Below the pieces are notes generated by a model that made no database searches, was not told where the DNA came from, and saw nothing but the letters and a program-made list of their open reading frames with translations. Below are positions 19,496 to 28,672 of a DNA stretch of 61,900 nucleotides, piece by piece. Both the position numbers and the translations under genes were made by a program. Each line of letters starts with the position of its first letter. The first letter of the stretch is position 1. The stretch is from Candidatus Paceibacter sp. (GTDB lineage: Bacteria; Patescibacteriota; Patescibacteriia; S139-126). The stretch is from assembly GCA_020724865.1 (NCBI GenBank), contig DYGA01000003.1, forward strand, positions 1 to 61,900. The letters run 5' to 3'.

Positions 19496-20290
19496 CTAAA
19501 TGTTTAGTTGTAAATATTCTTCCAAATATTCTTGTGAATTTTTTAAAGGATAAATTGTGTGTAGTTTATTTACATTCATTTCGTATTCTTGTTTTTGTGC
19601 GTTTGCTTTTATGACTAACGGTTCGTTTAAAATTGCAGCAATTTCTTCTACTTCTATATGTCCAATACCTCCGCAATTGTATATCTCATTTTTTATGTTA
19701 TTTAAAATCATATATTCAATTATTTCTGCAATAGCAAAGGTTGTTATAAATTGAATATAAGAATCCTTAGTAACAAAAAGTTCTTGTTTATTTTTTAAAT
19801 CATATATTATGCCTTTTTTCAATTTTTTCCCCAGCATGGCGCTGCAGCGTAAAATTAAATAAGAAGGGAGTTTATTTATATAGTTTTCTGCTTGATATTT
19901 GTGCAAGCCATAAGGCTCTAATTTTTTTTCATCTATAATGGTCAATTCTGTATTTTTTTGAGGATTACCATGGTCGGGATAAACATCTGAAGAAGAGATA
20001 AATATATAATGATTAAATTTAAAATCCTCTAAACTATTTATGACAGATTGCACAGAAGCAATATAATCTTCTTTTGGGTTTTGATTTGCCCAAAATCTGC
20101 GACTATTGCCATTGGCATTTATCAAAACATCAAAATTGTTACCTATAAATTTCTGATAATTTTCTCTAGTGATTCCAGTTACATCAAATGTTTGTGATAG
20201 ATAATCGTAAAGGTCGTTACCTAGCATGCCATTGGCACCGATAATTGCTATTTTTTTAATGTTTAATTGCATATTCATAATTTTTATCAA
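19496..20290 (-). CDS. NAD-dependent epimerase/reductase (short SDR)
   Basis: IGANGMLG, ISSSDVY, YGLHK. Confidence 0.8.
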   Translation of the reverse strand: MIKIMNMQLNIKKIAIIGANGMLGNDLYDYLSQTFDVTGITRENYQKFIGNNFDVLINANGNSRRFWANQNPKEDYIASVQSVINSLEDFKFNHYIFISSSDVYPDHGNPQKNTELTIIDEKKLEPYGLHKYQAENYINKLPSYLILRCSAMLGKKLKKGIIYDLKNKQELFVTKDSYIQFITTFAIAEIIEYMILNNIKNEIYNCGGIGHIEVEEIAAILNEPLVIKANAQKQEYEMNVNKLHTIYPLKNSQEYLEEYLQLNI

Positions 20291-21218
20291 ACCAATCTAT
20301 AGTTTCTTTAATTCCTTGTTCTAAAGAGGTTGTGGGCAGCCAATTAAGTTCTTTTTCCATTTTTTTTGTACTAAATATTTTTTTCATAGCGCCGTCTGGT
20401 TTTTCTAGATTGTATTTAAATTCACCTTCGTAACCAATTATTTTTTTTATAGTTGTGGCTAAATCTGTAACCGATATGCCAAAGCCAGATCCAATATTGA
20501 GCGGAGAAATGTCATTGTATATTTCTGTTGCTCGCAGTATCGCTTCAGCCCCATCTTTAACATATAACCAATCGCGTATAGGTTTGCCGCTACCCCAAAT
20601 TTCTATATAAGGCAGATTGTCTCTTTTAGCTTCATATATTTTTTTAATCATAGCAGCTAAGGCCTTACTTTGTTCGGGATTAAAATGTTCTCCGGGACCA
20701 TACATATTTGCCAAGATTAAATGAATAGATTTAAATCCATACTGTTGGAAAAGTGCTTTACCATAAATAACCGATGTTTTTCTGGCAAAACCATAGCTAT
20801 AAATAGAATCGTGAATTTCACCATCCCAGTATTCATCTTCTTTTAGTTCTTCTTTTTCTGTATAACCGGGATAGGAGCAGCCAGCGACAATGTTTACAAA
20901 TTTTTTTACGCCCGTTTCATAAGCTGCTTTAAGTAAAAAATTACCCATTAGTAAATTGTCCATATACAATTCTGCTTGTCGGCCTTTGTGAAAACCAATA
21001 CCGCCTTGATTGGCAGCACAATTGATGACAATATCAGGTTTTGTTTCTTTGAAGTAATTTAAACAATCTTCATAACGTCTAAAATCAAGACCAGTTTTTC
21101 TGTCTGGTATAAATATTTTTGCTTCAGTTAATTTTAATTTTTCGTGTATGTGTTTACCAAAAAAACCATTTCCGCCAGTTATAACTATTTTTTTATTTTG
21201 GAAAAATTCTTTATTCAT
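20256..21218 (-). CDS. GDP-L-fucose synthase (Fcl/WcaG)-like epimerase-reductase
   Basis: TGGNGFFG, AANQGGI, GCSYP, NMYGPG, WGSGKP.RDWLYV.D, KPDG. Confidence 0.85.
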   Translation of the reverse strand: MNKEFFQNKKIVITGGNGFFGKHIHEKLKLTEAKIFIPDRKTGLDFRRYEDCLNYFKETKPDIVINCAANQGGIGFHKGRQAELYMDNLLMGNFLLKAAYETGVKKFVNIVAGCSYPGYTEKEELKEDEYWDGEIHDSIYSYGFARKTSVIYGKALFQQYGFKSIHLILANMYGPGEHFNPEQSKALAAMIKKIYEAKRDNLPYIEIWGSGKPIRDWLYVKDGAEAILRATEIYNDISPLNIGSGFGISVTDLATTIKKIIGYEGEFKYNLEKPDGAMKKIFSTKKMEKELNWLPTTSLEQGIKETIDWFDKNYEYAIKH

Positions 21219-22509
21219 AATTTAATAATAATTTATATCTTACTTTTTTAAATAAAAGTATTGAAATAGGCAATAAGGTATATGATGTTAATGTAGCCCA
21301 AGCAGCACCGTTTAGGCCAATAGATTTTATAAGGATAACATTTAAAAATACATTGACTACCATACTAATAAGTGTACTAAAAAATATTATTTTAGTGTAA
21401 TTTTCTGTAACCAGAAATTGATTAACTGCAAAAAACAGTGTATAACCTATTCCACCCCAAACATATATTTGTAGAATTGAAGTAGCAGTGATAAAAGCAA
21501 CACCAAAAATTATATACATTATAAAATATGCTAGTAGGGAAATAGACAAAGAAAATCCTAAACCTAATATAAAAATTAAAATAAATAAATCAATCAATCT
21601 TTTTCTGTATAGTGATTCGTTTTGTTTCTTGGCATTTACTAGGGCAGGAAATACTGATGACACAATAATTCCTGGTACCAAATACCAAATTTCAGCAATA
21701 CGAACTGCTGCGTCATATAATCCAACTGCAGTTTGGTTGAAATAGTGCATAATCATTACTTGGTCAATACGAGAATATATAAGAGTAAAGACAGTTGAAA
21801 AAATAAGCGGCCATGAATCCTTCATTAAATTTTTTGCAATTTGTTTATCAAATTTCCAGTTGAAAATACTGAATCCAAGTTTTTTGTAAAAAAATAAATA
21901 AAATATTGCATAAAAAAATGTTTCCAATACAGATATAAATGCAAAATAAATTATTCCTTTATCCAGTAGGACAATACCAATTTTAATAAATGATAATAAT
22001 ATAGTAACTCCAATGGTTGCCAGAGAAGCGTATTTTGATTGGACTCGTGACTGAAAAAAATAATTTAAAACATTGAAAGGTTGAAAAATAAAAGAAAAAG
22101 CTATTATCAAAATAAGAATATTTGTTATATCATCACCATTGGTTTGAAAAGAAATAATTGATACAGTAATAAAGGCAACTATTGCACCAGTTAATCTTAA
22201 AATAAATGAAGTTCCTAGGTGTTGATCTTTTTTGTCAAGTTCTGAAATTAAATTTCTGAATAAAATATGATCTATGCCGAGATTTACTATAAAAACAAAT
22301 AAGCTGACAAAACTTATGGCATAACTAAGCAAGCCGTAATTGGCAGGTCCAAGGTATCTAGCTACATATGCCGTGACAAAAAAAGCAAAAACTAGATTTA
22401 TAAATCTAGCCATAAAAAGCCATCCGGTATTTTTGAAATACTTTTTAAACCCTTCATGGTAAAAGTATTGTTTGAGGTCTAGAATTCTTTTGTAAGTGGT
22501 TGATAACAT
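21211..22509 (-). CDS. wzx: Wzx flippase
   Basis: About 12 TM helices; NTGWL, ARYLGP..YG, YSRIDQVMI, VGLY.AA. Confidence 0.88.
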   Translation of the reverse strand: MLSTTYKRILDLKQYFYHEGFKKYFKNTGWLFMARFINLVFAFFVTAYVARYLGPANYGLLSYAISFVSLFVFIVNLGIDHILFRNLISELDKKDQHLGTSFILRLTGAIVAFITVSIISFQTNGDDITNILILIIAFSFIFQPFNVLNYFFQSRVQSKYASLATIGVTILLSFIKIGIVLLDKGIIYFAFISVLETFFYAIFYLFFYKKLGFSIFNWKFDKQIAKNLMKDSWPLIFSTVFTLIYSRIDQVMIMHYFNQTAVGLYDAAVRIAEIWYLVPGIIVSSVFPALVNAKKQNESLYRKRLIDLFILIFILGLGFSLSISLLAYFIMYIIFGVAFITATSILQIYVWGGIGYTLFFAVNQFLVTENYTKIIFFSTLISMVVNVFLNVILIKSIGLNGAAWATLTSYTLLPISILLFKKVRYKLLLNYE

Positions 22510-22510
22510 T

Positions 22511-22597
22511 GAAAGAGTTAGAAATTTTATAAAGTTGAAAGTTTGTAAAGTTAGAAAGTAAAATACTTTATAAACTTTTTACTTTCTACTTTTAACT
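22511..22597. repeat. Inverted heptad array (AAAGTT family), no gene inside
   Basis: AAAGTTG AAAGTTT GT AAAGTTAG AAAGT … ACTTTAT AA ACTTTTT ACTTTCT ACTTTTA ACT. Confidence 0.75.
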
Positions 22598-22872
22598 TAC
22601 TTGTCCCAATCTTTCATCACTTCAATTGCTTTCATTTTCAGTTTCAAATATTTATCTACGGCTTTTTTTTCTAGTTCCGGCGAAACTAATCGCAACAACT
22701 CTAATCCCAAAATCCGGTATTGTTTGCCGATTTTGTTGGCTTTAAGTATCCCGCGTTTGATCAACCGTTTCATTGTGCTGTTGGAAATTTTTAAGATTTT
22801 TTCTGCCTCACCTGTGGTATAGACGGCGTGGGGGAGTATTTCTTCAGTTTTGTTTGGTTTTGGTTCAGTCAT
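22597..22872 (-). CDS. Excisionase/MerR-like (HTH_17) small DNA-binding protein
   Basis: VYTT.EA..ILKIS.STM.RLIK.G.LKA.KIG.QYRI. Confidence 0.88.
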   Translation of the reverse strand: MTEPKPNKTEEILPHAVYTTGEAEKILKISNSTMKRLIKRGILKANKIGKQYRILGLELLRLVSPELEKKAVDKYLKLKMKAIEVMKDWDK

Positions 22873-22913
22873 AATATTTTATGTTGAATAAAAACTAGGA
22901 ATTAAGAATAATG

Positions 22914-23011
22914 ATTAATTACTATTTATTAATAACTAATGAATTTTTAATTGTTTAATTAAAAATTTAATCATTGATTAGTAATTAGAAATTCGTTATT
23001 AGTAATTAATT
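22914..23011. repeat. Inverted heptad array (AATTACT family) in the predicted 5' UTR of the HTH gene
   Basis: AATTACT ATTTATT AATAACT AATGAAT … ATTAGTA ATTAGAA ATTCGTT ATTAGTA ATT. Confidence 0.75.
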
Positions 23012-23020
23012 TATATTTTT

Positions 23021-23049
23021 ATTATAATTTAGGTGTCATTGGGTGTCAA
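23021..23049 (-). promoter_or_regulatory. Consensus sigma-70 promoter for the HTH gene and glycan operon
   Basis: Minus strand TTGACA (23049-23044), 17-bp spacer, TATAAT (23026-23021). Confidence 0.8.
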
Positions 23050-23078
23050 TAGAGACCAAAATGAGTCAAAAATACCCA

Positions 23079-23180
23079 AATTATAAATTATAAAATGTAA
23101 ATTTTAAGTTAATTTATTAATTATTTAATTTTAAAATTCTATAATTCATTTATAATTGATAATTTAAAATTTAAAATTAA
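23079..23180. repeat. Inverted heptad array (ATTATAA family), no gene inside
   Basis: ATTATAA ATTATAA AATGTAA ATTTTAA … TTTATAA TTGATAA TTTAAAA TTTTAAA. Confidence 0.7.
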
Positions 23181-23231
23181 TTTCAAGGTTTGCTTTTTTA
23201 ACATCCAAAATATAGAATAAAAATATAATTT

Positions 23232-24557
23232 ATGGGAAACTTTTGGTTAAAAACAAGAAATTGGTTTTTGCTCTTGGGTGATGTTTTACTACTTTACTCA
23301 AGCTTAGCTTTGGCTTTGTTTATTCGTTATCGGGAACAGTTTTTTTCCGCTTGGTGGCTGCACTTTGTTCCATTTACTCTGATTTTTTGGTTGTGGGTAA
23401 TAATTTTTTATATCAGCGGTTTTTATGATTTGCGGCGGGCTCGCAATCAGGCGCAATTTTTTATTCAGTTGCTACTTATAATATCACTGGCTGGTCTTGT
23501 TGGTATGGCGGTTTTTTATCTGTGGCCGTCTTTAGGAATTTCCCCCAAAACCAATTTAGCCCTGACTTTACTATTGGCTACTATATTTTTGTTTTTATGG
23601 AGACTAATTTTCAATGCTTTAATTTCTCAACCGCAAAGGAAAATATTATTAATCGGCGAACATACTCAAAGCATTGAGCTGGCCACCCAGCTCAATAACC
23701 ATCCGCAGTGGGGTTATCAGGTGGCGGCTATAATCACTCCGGAGAAGTTTTTTGAGTATAAAGATAAATTAAATAGTTTGGGAATTTCCACTTTGGTAAT
23801 TTCTGACGATCTGTATCAAACTCAAGCTTTGACCGATGCTTTGTATGACAGCTTATCATCACGGGTAGAAATGTTTACTTTGACTAAATTTTACGAACAA
23901 TTGGTAAAAAAAATTCCTTTGTCAGTGATTTCCAAAGTTTGGTTTTTGGAAAATTTGACCGAAAGAGATAAGCTGGCTTTTGATAAAATTAAAAGGTTGA
24001 TAGATATAGTTTTGAGTTTATTGGGATTGGTTTTGACTTTACCTTTTTATCCTTTACTTTATTTGGCGGTAAAAATTGATTCGCCGGGTCCATTTTTCTA
24101 TACTCAAGTGCGATTAGGAAAATTGGGCAAGCCGTTTGTAATTGTGAAAATCAGATCTATGGTTCAAGATGCCGAAAAAAAAGGCGCTGAGTGGGCAATA
24201 CCGGGAGATGTCCGGGTGACTAGAGTGGGAAAATTTTTCCGCAAAATCCGTTTGGATGAACTTCCGCAATTATTTAATATCTTATGGGGAGATATGAGTT
24301 TTGTTGGCCCGCGGCCTGAGCGGCCTGAATTTATTAGTCAACTTGAACAAGAAATTCCTTATTATAAACAACGTTTATTGGTTAAACCCGGACTTACAGG
24401 TTGGGCACAAGTCAATTTTAAATACTCATCTGATGTGGCTGGAGCTTTGGAAAAATTACAATTGGATCTCTATTATATAAAAAATCGGTCTCTGTTTTTG
24501 GATCTCACCATCTTACTCAAAACCGTAAGTATGGTTTTAAAAGGAGGAGGACATTAG
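23232..24557 (+). CDS. Polyprenyl-phosphate glycosylphosphotransferase (bacterial sugar transferase)
   Basis: N-terminal TMs; KRLID, K.RSM, RLDELPQ..N…G.MS.VGPRPE, KPGLTGWAQV, LDLYY. Confidence 0.93.
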   Translation: MGNFWLKTRNWFLLLGDVLLLYSSLALALFIRYREQFFSAWWLHFVPFTLIFWLWVIIFYISGFYDLRRARNQAQFFIQLLLIISLAGLVGMAVFYLWPSLGISPKTNLALTLLLATIFLFLWRLIFNALISQPQRKILLIGEHTQSIELATQLNNHPQWGYQVAAIITPEKFFEYKDKLNSLGISTLVISDDLYQTQALTDALYDSLSSRVEMFTLTKFYEQLVKKIPLSVISKVWFLENLTERDKLAFDKIKRLIDIVLSLLGLVLTLPFYPLLYLAVKIDSPGPFFYTQVRLGKLGKPFVIVKIRSMVQDAEKKGAEWAIPGDVRVTRVGKFFRKIRLDELPQLFNILWGDMSFVGPRPERPEFISQLEQEIPYYKQRLLVKPGLTGWAQVNFKYSSDVAGALEKLQLDLYYIKNRSLFLDLTILLKTVSMVLKGGGH

Positions 24558-24640
24558 AAATTATAAATTTTAAATTATAAATTATAAAAAAATAAAGAAT
24601 TATAGAATAATTTATAATTTTAAATTTTATATTTTTATTT
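24558..24640. repeat. Inverted heptad array (ATTATAA family), no gene inside
   Basis: ATTATAA ATTTTAA ATTATAA ATTATAA … TTTATAA TTTTAAA TTTTATA TTTTTAT. Confidence 0.7.
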
Positions 24641-24681
24641 AAAATTAAAATATTGTATAATAATCTTACTAAATTAATCAT

Positions 24682-26898
24682 TTGATGAAAAAAACTTTAC
24701 ATATTTTTCTTGGGTTGATAGTCACGTTGGGCGTGATGAATTTTTTTGTTATACGGACCAAGGCCAGTGCAGTTGAAATAAACAAATCAAGTACTTCCGA
24801 AGTTATAGTAAAAATGAAACACAGCGATAAACTTTATAAACTATCAGCTGCTCAGGGTATTGATACAGAATATTTGTTGGCTAATTATAATTTAAATTCA
24901 CAAATTGAATACGTAGAACCAAATTTTAAATTTTCTGCCGCTGTCACCACTCCCAATGACCCGGATTTTATTCAACAGTATTATTTAGGCCAAGTGCAGG
25001 CGCAAGCTGGGTGGGATATTTCTACTGGACGACCAGAAATTGTTGTGGCAGTTTTGGATAGTGGTGTGGATATTGATAATCTTGATTTGAAACACAATAT
25101 TTGGGTCAATGTTCATGAAAAACCATTTGATCTCATAGACAATGACGGCAATGGCAAAGTTGATGATTTTTATGGATGGAATTTTGTTGATGACAATAAC
25201 GATGTTAAACCAAGTTTTATAAATTTTACTGAATTAGGAGTAAATCACGGAACAATCGTTGCTGGTATTTTAGGAGCCAGAGGGAACAATGGTATCGGTA
25301 TAACTGGCGCGGCTTGGCAGATTAAAATTATGCCGTTGAAAGTTTTAGATAGTTCTGGCATGGGAGATTCACTGACTTTAGTGCGGGCAATTGATTATGC
25401 TATTAGTAAAAAAGTTGATGTGATCAATTTATCAGTGGTGGGGCATAGTTATAGTCAGGCCTTGCAGGATGCAATTTCCCGGGCATGGCAAGCAGGTATT
25501 GTGATTGTAGCGGCAGCTGGCAATGAAGTGGGTTTAGGTCAAAACATGGATATTTATCCAGCTTATCCAGTCTGTAACGATGGTGAAGATAATATGGTAT
25601 TAGGGGTAGTAGCTCTTGATCGTTATAGTCGTCTGGCCAGTTTTTCCAATTTTGGCAGTCGTTGTAGTGACGTATCAGCGCCGGGAGTAAATTTTTATTC
25701 TACGGTTGCTTATCATGAGTCTTTTCCTGGTTTTAATCATTATTATAAAGCTGGTTTTTCTGGAACTTCAGTAGCCACACCTTTGGTATCTGCTTTGGCG
25801 GCGTTGATTAAATCAGTAAATCCCAGTTTAACCAATATTCAGATACGCAATATTATTTTAAATACTGCCAGTGATGTTGATTTTTTGAATCCAAATTATA
25901 AAGGTAAATTGGGGAGTGGTTTAGTTGATTTTGGTAAAGCTTTGGGAGCGGCTAAGGCCACTTTGTCTGGTACTAGCCAGCCTATTAGCCAGGATTGGTT
26001 GGTAGTGGGCGCAGGACCCGGCGGCAGTCCGCATGTAAGAATTTTTGACTGGCAAGGCAATGTTTTAGCCCAGTGGTTTGCTTATGATGAAAAATTTAGG
26101 GGCGGGGTAAATGTGGCTGCCGGCGATGTTAATGGTGATGGTAAAAAAGATATAATTACTGCGCCTGGCGCGGGCGGTGGACCTCATATCAGAATCTTCG
26201 ATCATCAAGGCAATGTTTTAGCCCAGTGGTTTGCTTATGATGAAAAATTTAGGGGCGGGGTAAATGTGGCTGCCGGTGATATTGATAATGACGGTTTAGC
26301 AGAAATTATAGTTGCTCCCGCCAGTGGTATGGAAACTTTGGTAAAAATTTTTGATTTTACCGGACATATGCGTTTTAAGTTTTTAGCTTATGCGGATAAT
26401 TTTACAGGTGGCGCCAGTCTGGCGGTTGGCGATGTTGATGGCGACTCGCAAGCAGATATTGTGACTGGAGCAGGTTTTGGGGGCGGTCCGCATGTTCGTA
26501 TATTTAATCGCCAAGGTCAAATTAAACAGCAGTGGTTTGCTTATGATGCCAAGTTTCGGGGCGGGGTAAATGTGGCTGTTGGTAATTTGTCTGGTGATAT
26601 AAATAAAGAAATAGTTACCACTCCTGGACCGGGCGGTGGTCCGCACACACGGGTGTTTAACTGGCAGGGTAAAGTTCAAGCCCAGTGGTTTGCATACGAA
26701 CCAGAAAATCGAACTGGACTAAAAGTTGCAGTTGGGGACATGACCGGAGACGGTAAAAATGAAGTGCTCGTGGCTTTGCAAAAAGGGTCAAGTCCAAATG
26801 TGCGGATATTTAATTCCAATTATCAACTAAGCAAAGAATTGGTCGTTTTTCCCCCAGCTTTTATTGGTGGAGTTAATTTGCAAATTTTAGGTAGATAG
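24682..26898 (+). CDS. Secreted S8 subtilisin-like peptidase with C-terminal FG-GAP/VCBS-like repeats
   Basis: VAVLDSG, HGT.VAG, AAAGN, SGTSVATP catalytic motifs; repeated GGV.VAAGD..GDG..I.T..G.GGGPHVRIF. Confidence 0.92.
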   Translation: MMKKTLHIFLGLIVTLGVMNFFVIRTKASAVEINKSSTSEVIVKMKHSDKLYKLSAAQGIDTEYLLANYNLNSQIEYVEPNFKFSAAVTTPNDPDFIQQYYLGQVQAQAGWDISTGRPEIVVAVLDSGVDIDNLDLKHNIWVNVHEKPFDLIDNDGNGKVDDFYGWNFVDDNNDVKPSFINFTELGVNHGTIVAGILGARGNNGIGITGAAWQIKIMPLKVLDSSGMGDSLTLVRAIDYAISKKVDVINLSVVGHSYSQALQDAISRAWQAGIVIVAAAGNEVGLGQNMDIYPAYPVCNDGEDNMVLGVVALDRYSRLASFSNFGSRCSDVSAPGVNFYSTVAYHESFPGFNHYYKAGFSGTSVATPLVSALAALIKSVNPSLTNIQIRNIILNTASDVDFLNPNYKGKLGSGLVDFGKALGAAKATLSGTSQPISQDWLVVGAGPGGSPHVRIFDWQGNVLAQWFAYDEKFRGGVNVAAGDVNGDGKKDIITAPGAGGGPHIRIFDHQGNVLAQWFAYDEKFRGGVNVAAGDIDNDGLAEIIVAPASGMETLVKIFDFTGHMRFKFLAYADNFTGGASLAVGDVDGDSQADIVTGAGFGGGPHVRIFNRQGQIKQQWFAYDAKFRGGVNVAVGNLSGDINKEIVTTPGPGGGPHTRVFNWQGKVQAQWFAYEPENRTGLKVAVGDMTGDGKNEVLVALQKGSSPNVRIFNSNYQLSKELVVFPPAFIGGVNLQILGR

Positions 26899-26901
26899 TT
26901 T

Positions 26902-27390
26902 ATGTCTGATGTCAATCGACTATCTTCAAATTTACAAAAAATTTTATTTTCGGTATTCAATCGTTTGATAAATTTTTTTACGGCTTTGCCGGGATTGCGT
27001 CGTTTTGCGCTTTTACCCCAATTTTTACGTTTTGTGACAGTCGGAATTTTCAACACCACAATTGATTTTACAGTTTATGTCGTTTTAACCAGAGGTTTAA
27101 CTTTTTTTAGTCACCATTATTTACAAGCTAATTTTTTGGCATTTTTATCCGCCAATTTATTTAGTTTTTGGGCCAACAAAAACTGGACTTTTCAAAATGA
27201 CAATCGGCGTAAAATTTTTCAGTATAGTAAATTTTTTATTATCAGTGTTTTAGCGTTACTTACAATCCAATTGACTATGTTTGTTGGAGTATCAATTTTT
27301 GGTTGGTGGGATTTGGCTAGTAAAATTTTAGCCCTGTTATTTAGTGTGTTTATTAATTTTTTTGGCTCCAAATTTTGGGCGTTTAAGTGA
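26902..27390 (+). CDS. GtrA-family protein
   Basis: QFLRFVTVG, SFWANKNWTF, NF.GSK.WAF; four TM helices. Confidence 0.9.
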   Translation: MSDVNRLSSNLQKILFSVFNRLINFFTALPGLRRFALLPQFLRFVTVGIFNTTIDFTVYVVLTRGLTFFSHHYLQANFLAFLSANLFSFWANKNWTFQNDNRRKIFQYSKFFIISVLALLTIQLTMFVGVSIFGWWDLASKILALLFSVFINFFGSKFWAFK

Positions 27391-27407
27391 GCATATAATT
27401 AAAGTCA

Positions 27408-27609
27408 ATTATTAATTACTAATAACTAATTACTATTTAATTAATCAATTAATAATACCTTGTTATACTGAACTTGGTTCAGCATCTACAACGAGATCCC
27501 GAAACAAGTTCGGGATGACAAAGATAAACAAGTTCGGGATGACAAATGAAAGTTTAAAATTTGTTAATTAGAAAATTCATTAGTTATTAATAATTAGTAA
27601 TTAGTTATT
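27408..27609. repeat. Inverted heptad array (AATTACT family) with a REP-like doublet (27461-27544) nested inside
   Basis: AATTATT AATTACT AATAACT AATTACT … REP … ATTAGTT ATTAATA ATTAGTA ATTAGTT ATT. Confidence 0.82.
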
Positions 27610-27610
27610 T

Positions 27611-28333
27611 ATGATCTTAGTTATCCCAGCGAAAAATGAAGAATACAGAATTGGACCTACTTTGCAGGCTTATTTAGATTGGTTTGATAATTTAAAAATA
27701 GTAGTGGTGATAACCCCGGGGACTGACAATACCGAAAGTGTCATTAAAAGTTATCAAACTAAATATCAGGGGAAAATAGACTATTTTTTATTGGAAAAAT
27801 TTATAGGTAATAGTAAAGGTAAAGCAATTAGAGCTGGTTTAAAATATGCTTTGGAAAATTATCCCACCGAAAATTTGATTGGTTTTGTAGATGCCGATAA
27901 TTCTTTGGAACCTTCCGAATTTAATAAATTGGTAAAAAATATTTCTAAAGCTGATTTGACTATTGCCTCGCGGTATTTACCAGATTCAGTTTTGACTGAC
28001 CGAGATTCAAATTTACGAGTATTGGCCTCATTGTTGTTTCGTTATTTAGTCAAAATTTTGTTTAGGTTGAAAGTGGCAGATACTCAGTGTGGCGGGAAGT
28101 TGTTTAAAAGGGGCGTGGTTGAAGAAATTTTGCCAAGATTAAAAATTGATGATATGGCTATTGATGTAGAAATTTTGTATTACTGCCAAAAACTGAATAA
28201 AGTTATTAAAGAAATTTCTGTGGTGTGGCGGGAAAAAAAAGCATCAACAATTTCAACTTCGCCAATACAATTTATCAAAACCAGTTGGCAGATGTTTAAA
28301 TCACTGATTAGGTTAAAAGTTAAAAGTTTATAA
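27611..28333 (+). CDS. GT2, dolichyl-phosphate glucosyltransferase-like
   Basis: VIPA.NEE.RI, KGKAIR.G, FVDAD, DTQCG.KLF. Confidence 0.9.
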   Translation: MILVIPAKNEEYRIGPTLQAYLDWFDNLKIVVVITPGTDNTESVIKSYQTKYQGKIDYFLLEKFIGNSKGKAIRAGLKYALENYPTENLIGFVDADNSLEPSEFNKLVKNISKADLTIASRYLPDSVLTDRDSNLRVLASLLFRYLVKILFRLKVADTQCGGKLFKRGVVEEILPRLKIDDMAIDVEILYYCQKLNKVIKEISVVWREKKASTISTSPIQFIKTSWQMFKSLIRLKVKSL

Positions 28334-28576
28334 AGTTGAAAGTTTTAAATAATATAAAGTATTAAGCATAAATACTAAATTCTAAATAATATCTAAATTC
28401 AAATTTATCAAATTCAAAACAAAATAAAAGATATCCGTTTTGAAAATTTGAATTGATAATTTTAAATTTATTTAGGATTGAGTGTTTCGTGTTTAGTATT
28501 TTTTTTATAATTTAAAAATTTTTTGTATCTTGTTTGTGCATCTTAAATTAGATCTTGAAATAAAATCAGGATGACA
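28313..28576. repeat. Composite of an AAAGTT half-array, an inverted AATTCTA-family array (about 28364-28502) and a REP half-site (28550-28576)
   Basis: AAAGTTA AAAGTTT; AAGCATA AATACTA AATTCTA … TAGGATT GAGTGTT TCGTGTT TAGTATT; AGATCTTGAAATAAAATCAGGATGACA. Confidence 0.7.
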
Positions 28577-28672
28577 ACCAAGATGACACCAGATGATAAT
28601 AGATTTTTTTACATTTGATTATTTTGTAAATTTATGTTATAGTCATTGAATTGAATTAACTAAATATAAATT

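Noticed and set aside
22597..22872. Prophage or ICE suggested by the excisionase-like gene
   Set aside because: No integrase, att sites or phage genes; more likely a stand-alone regulator.
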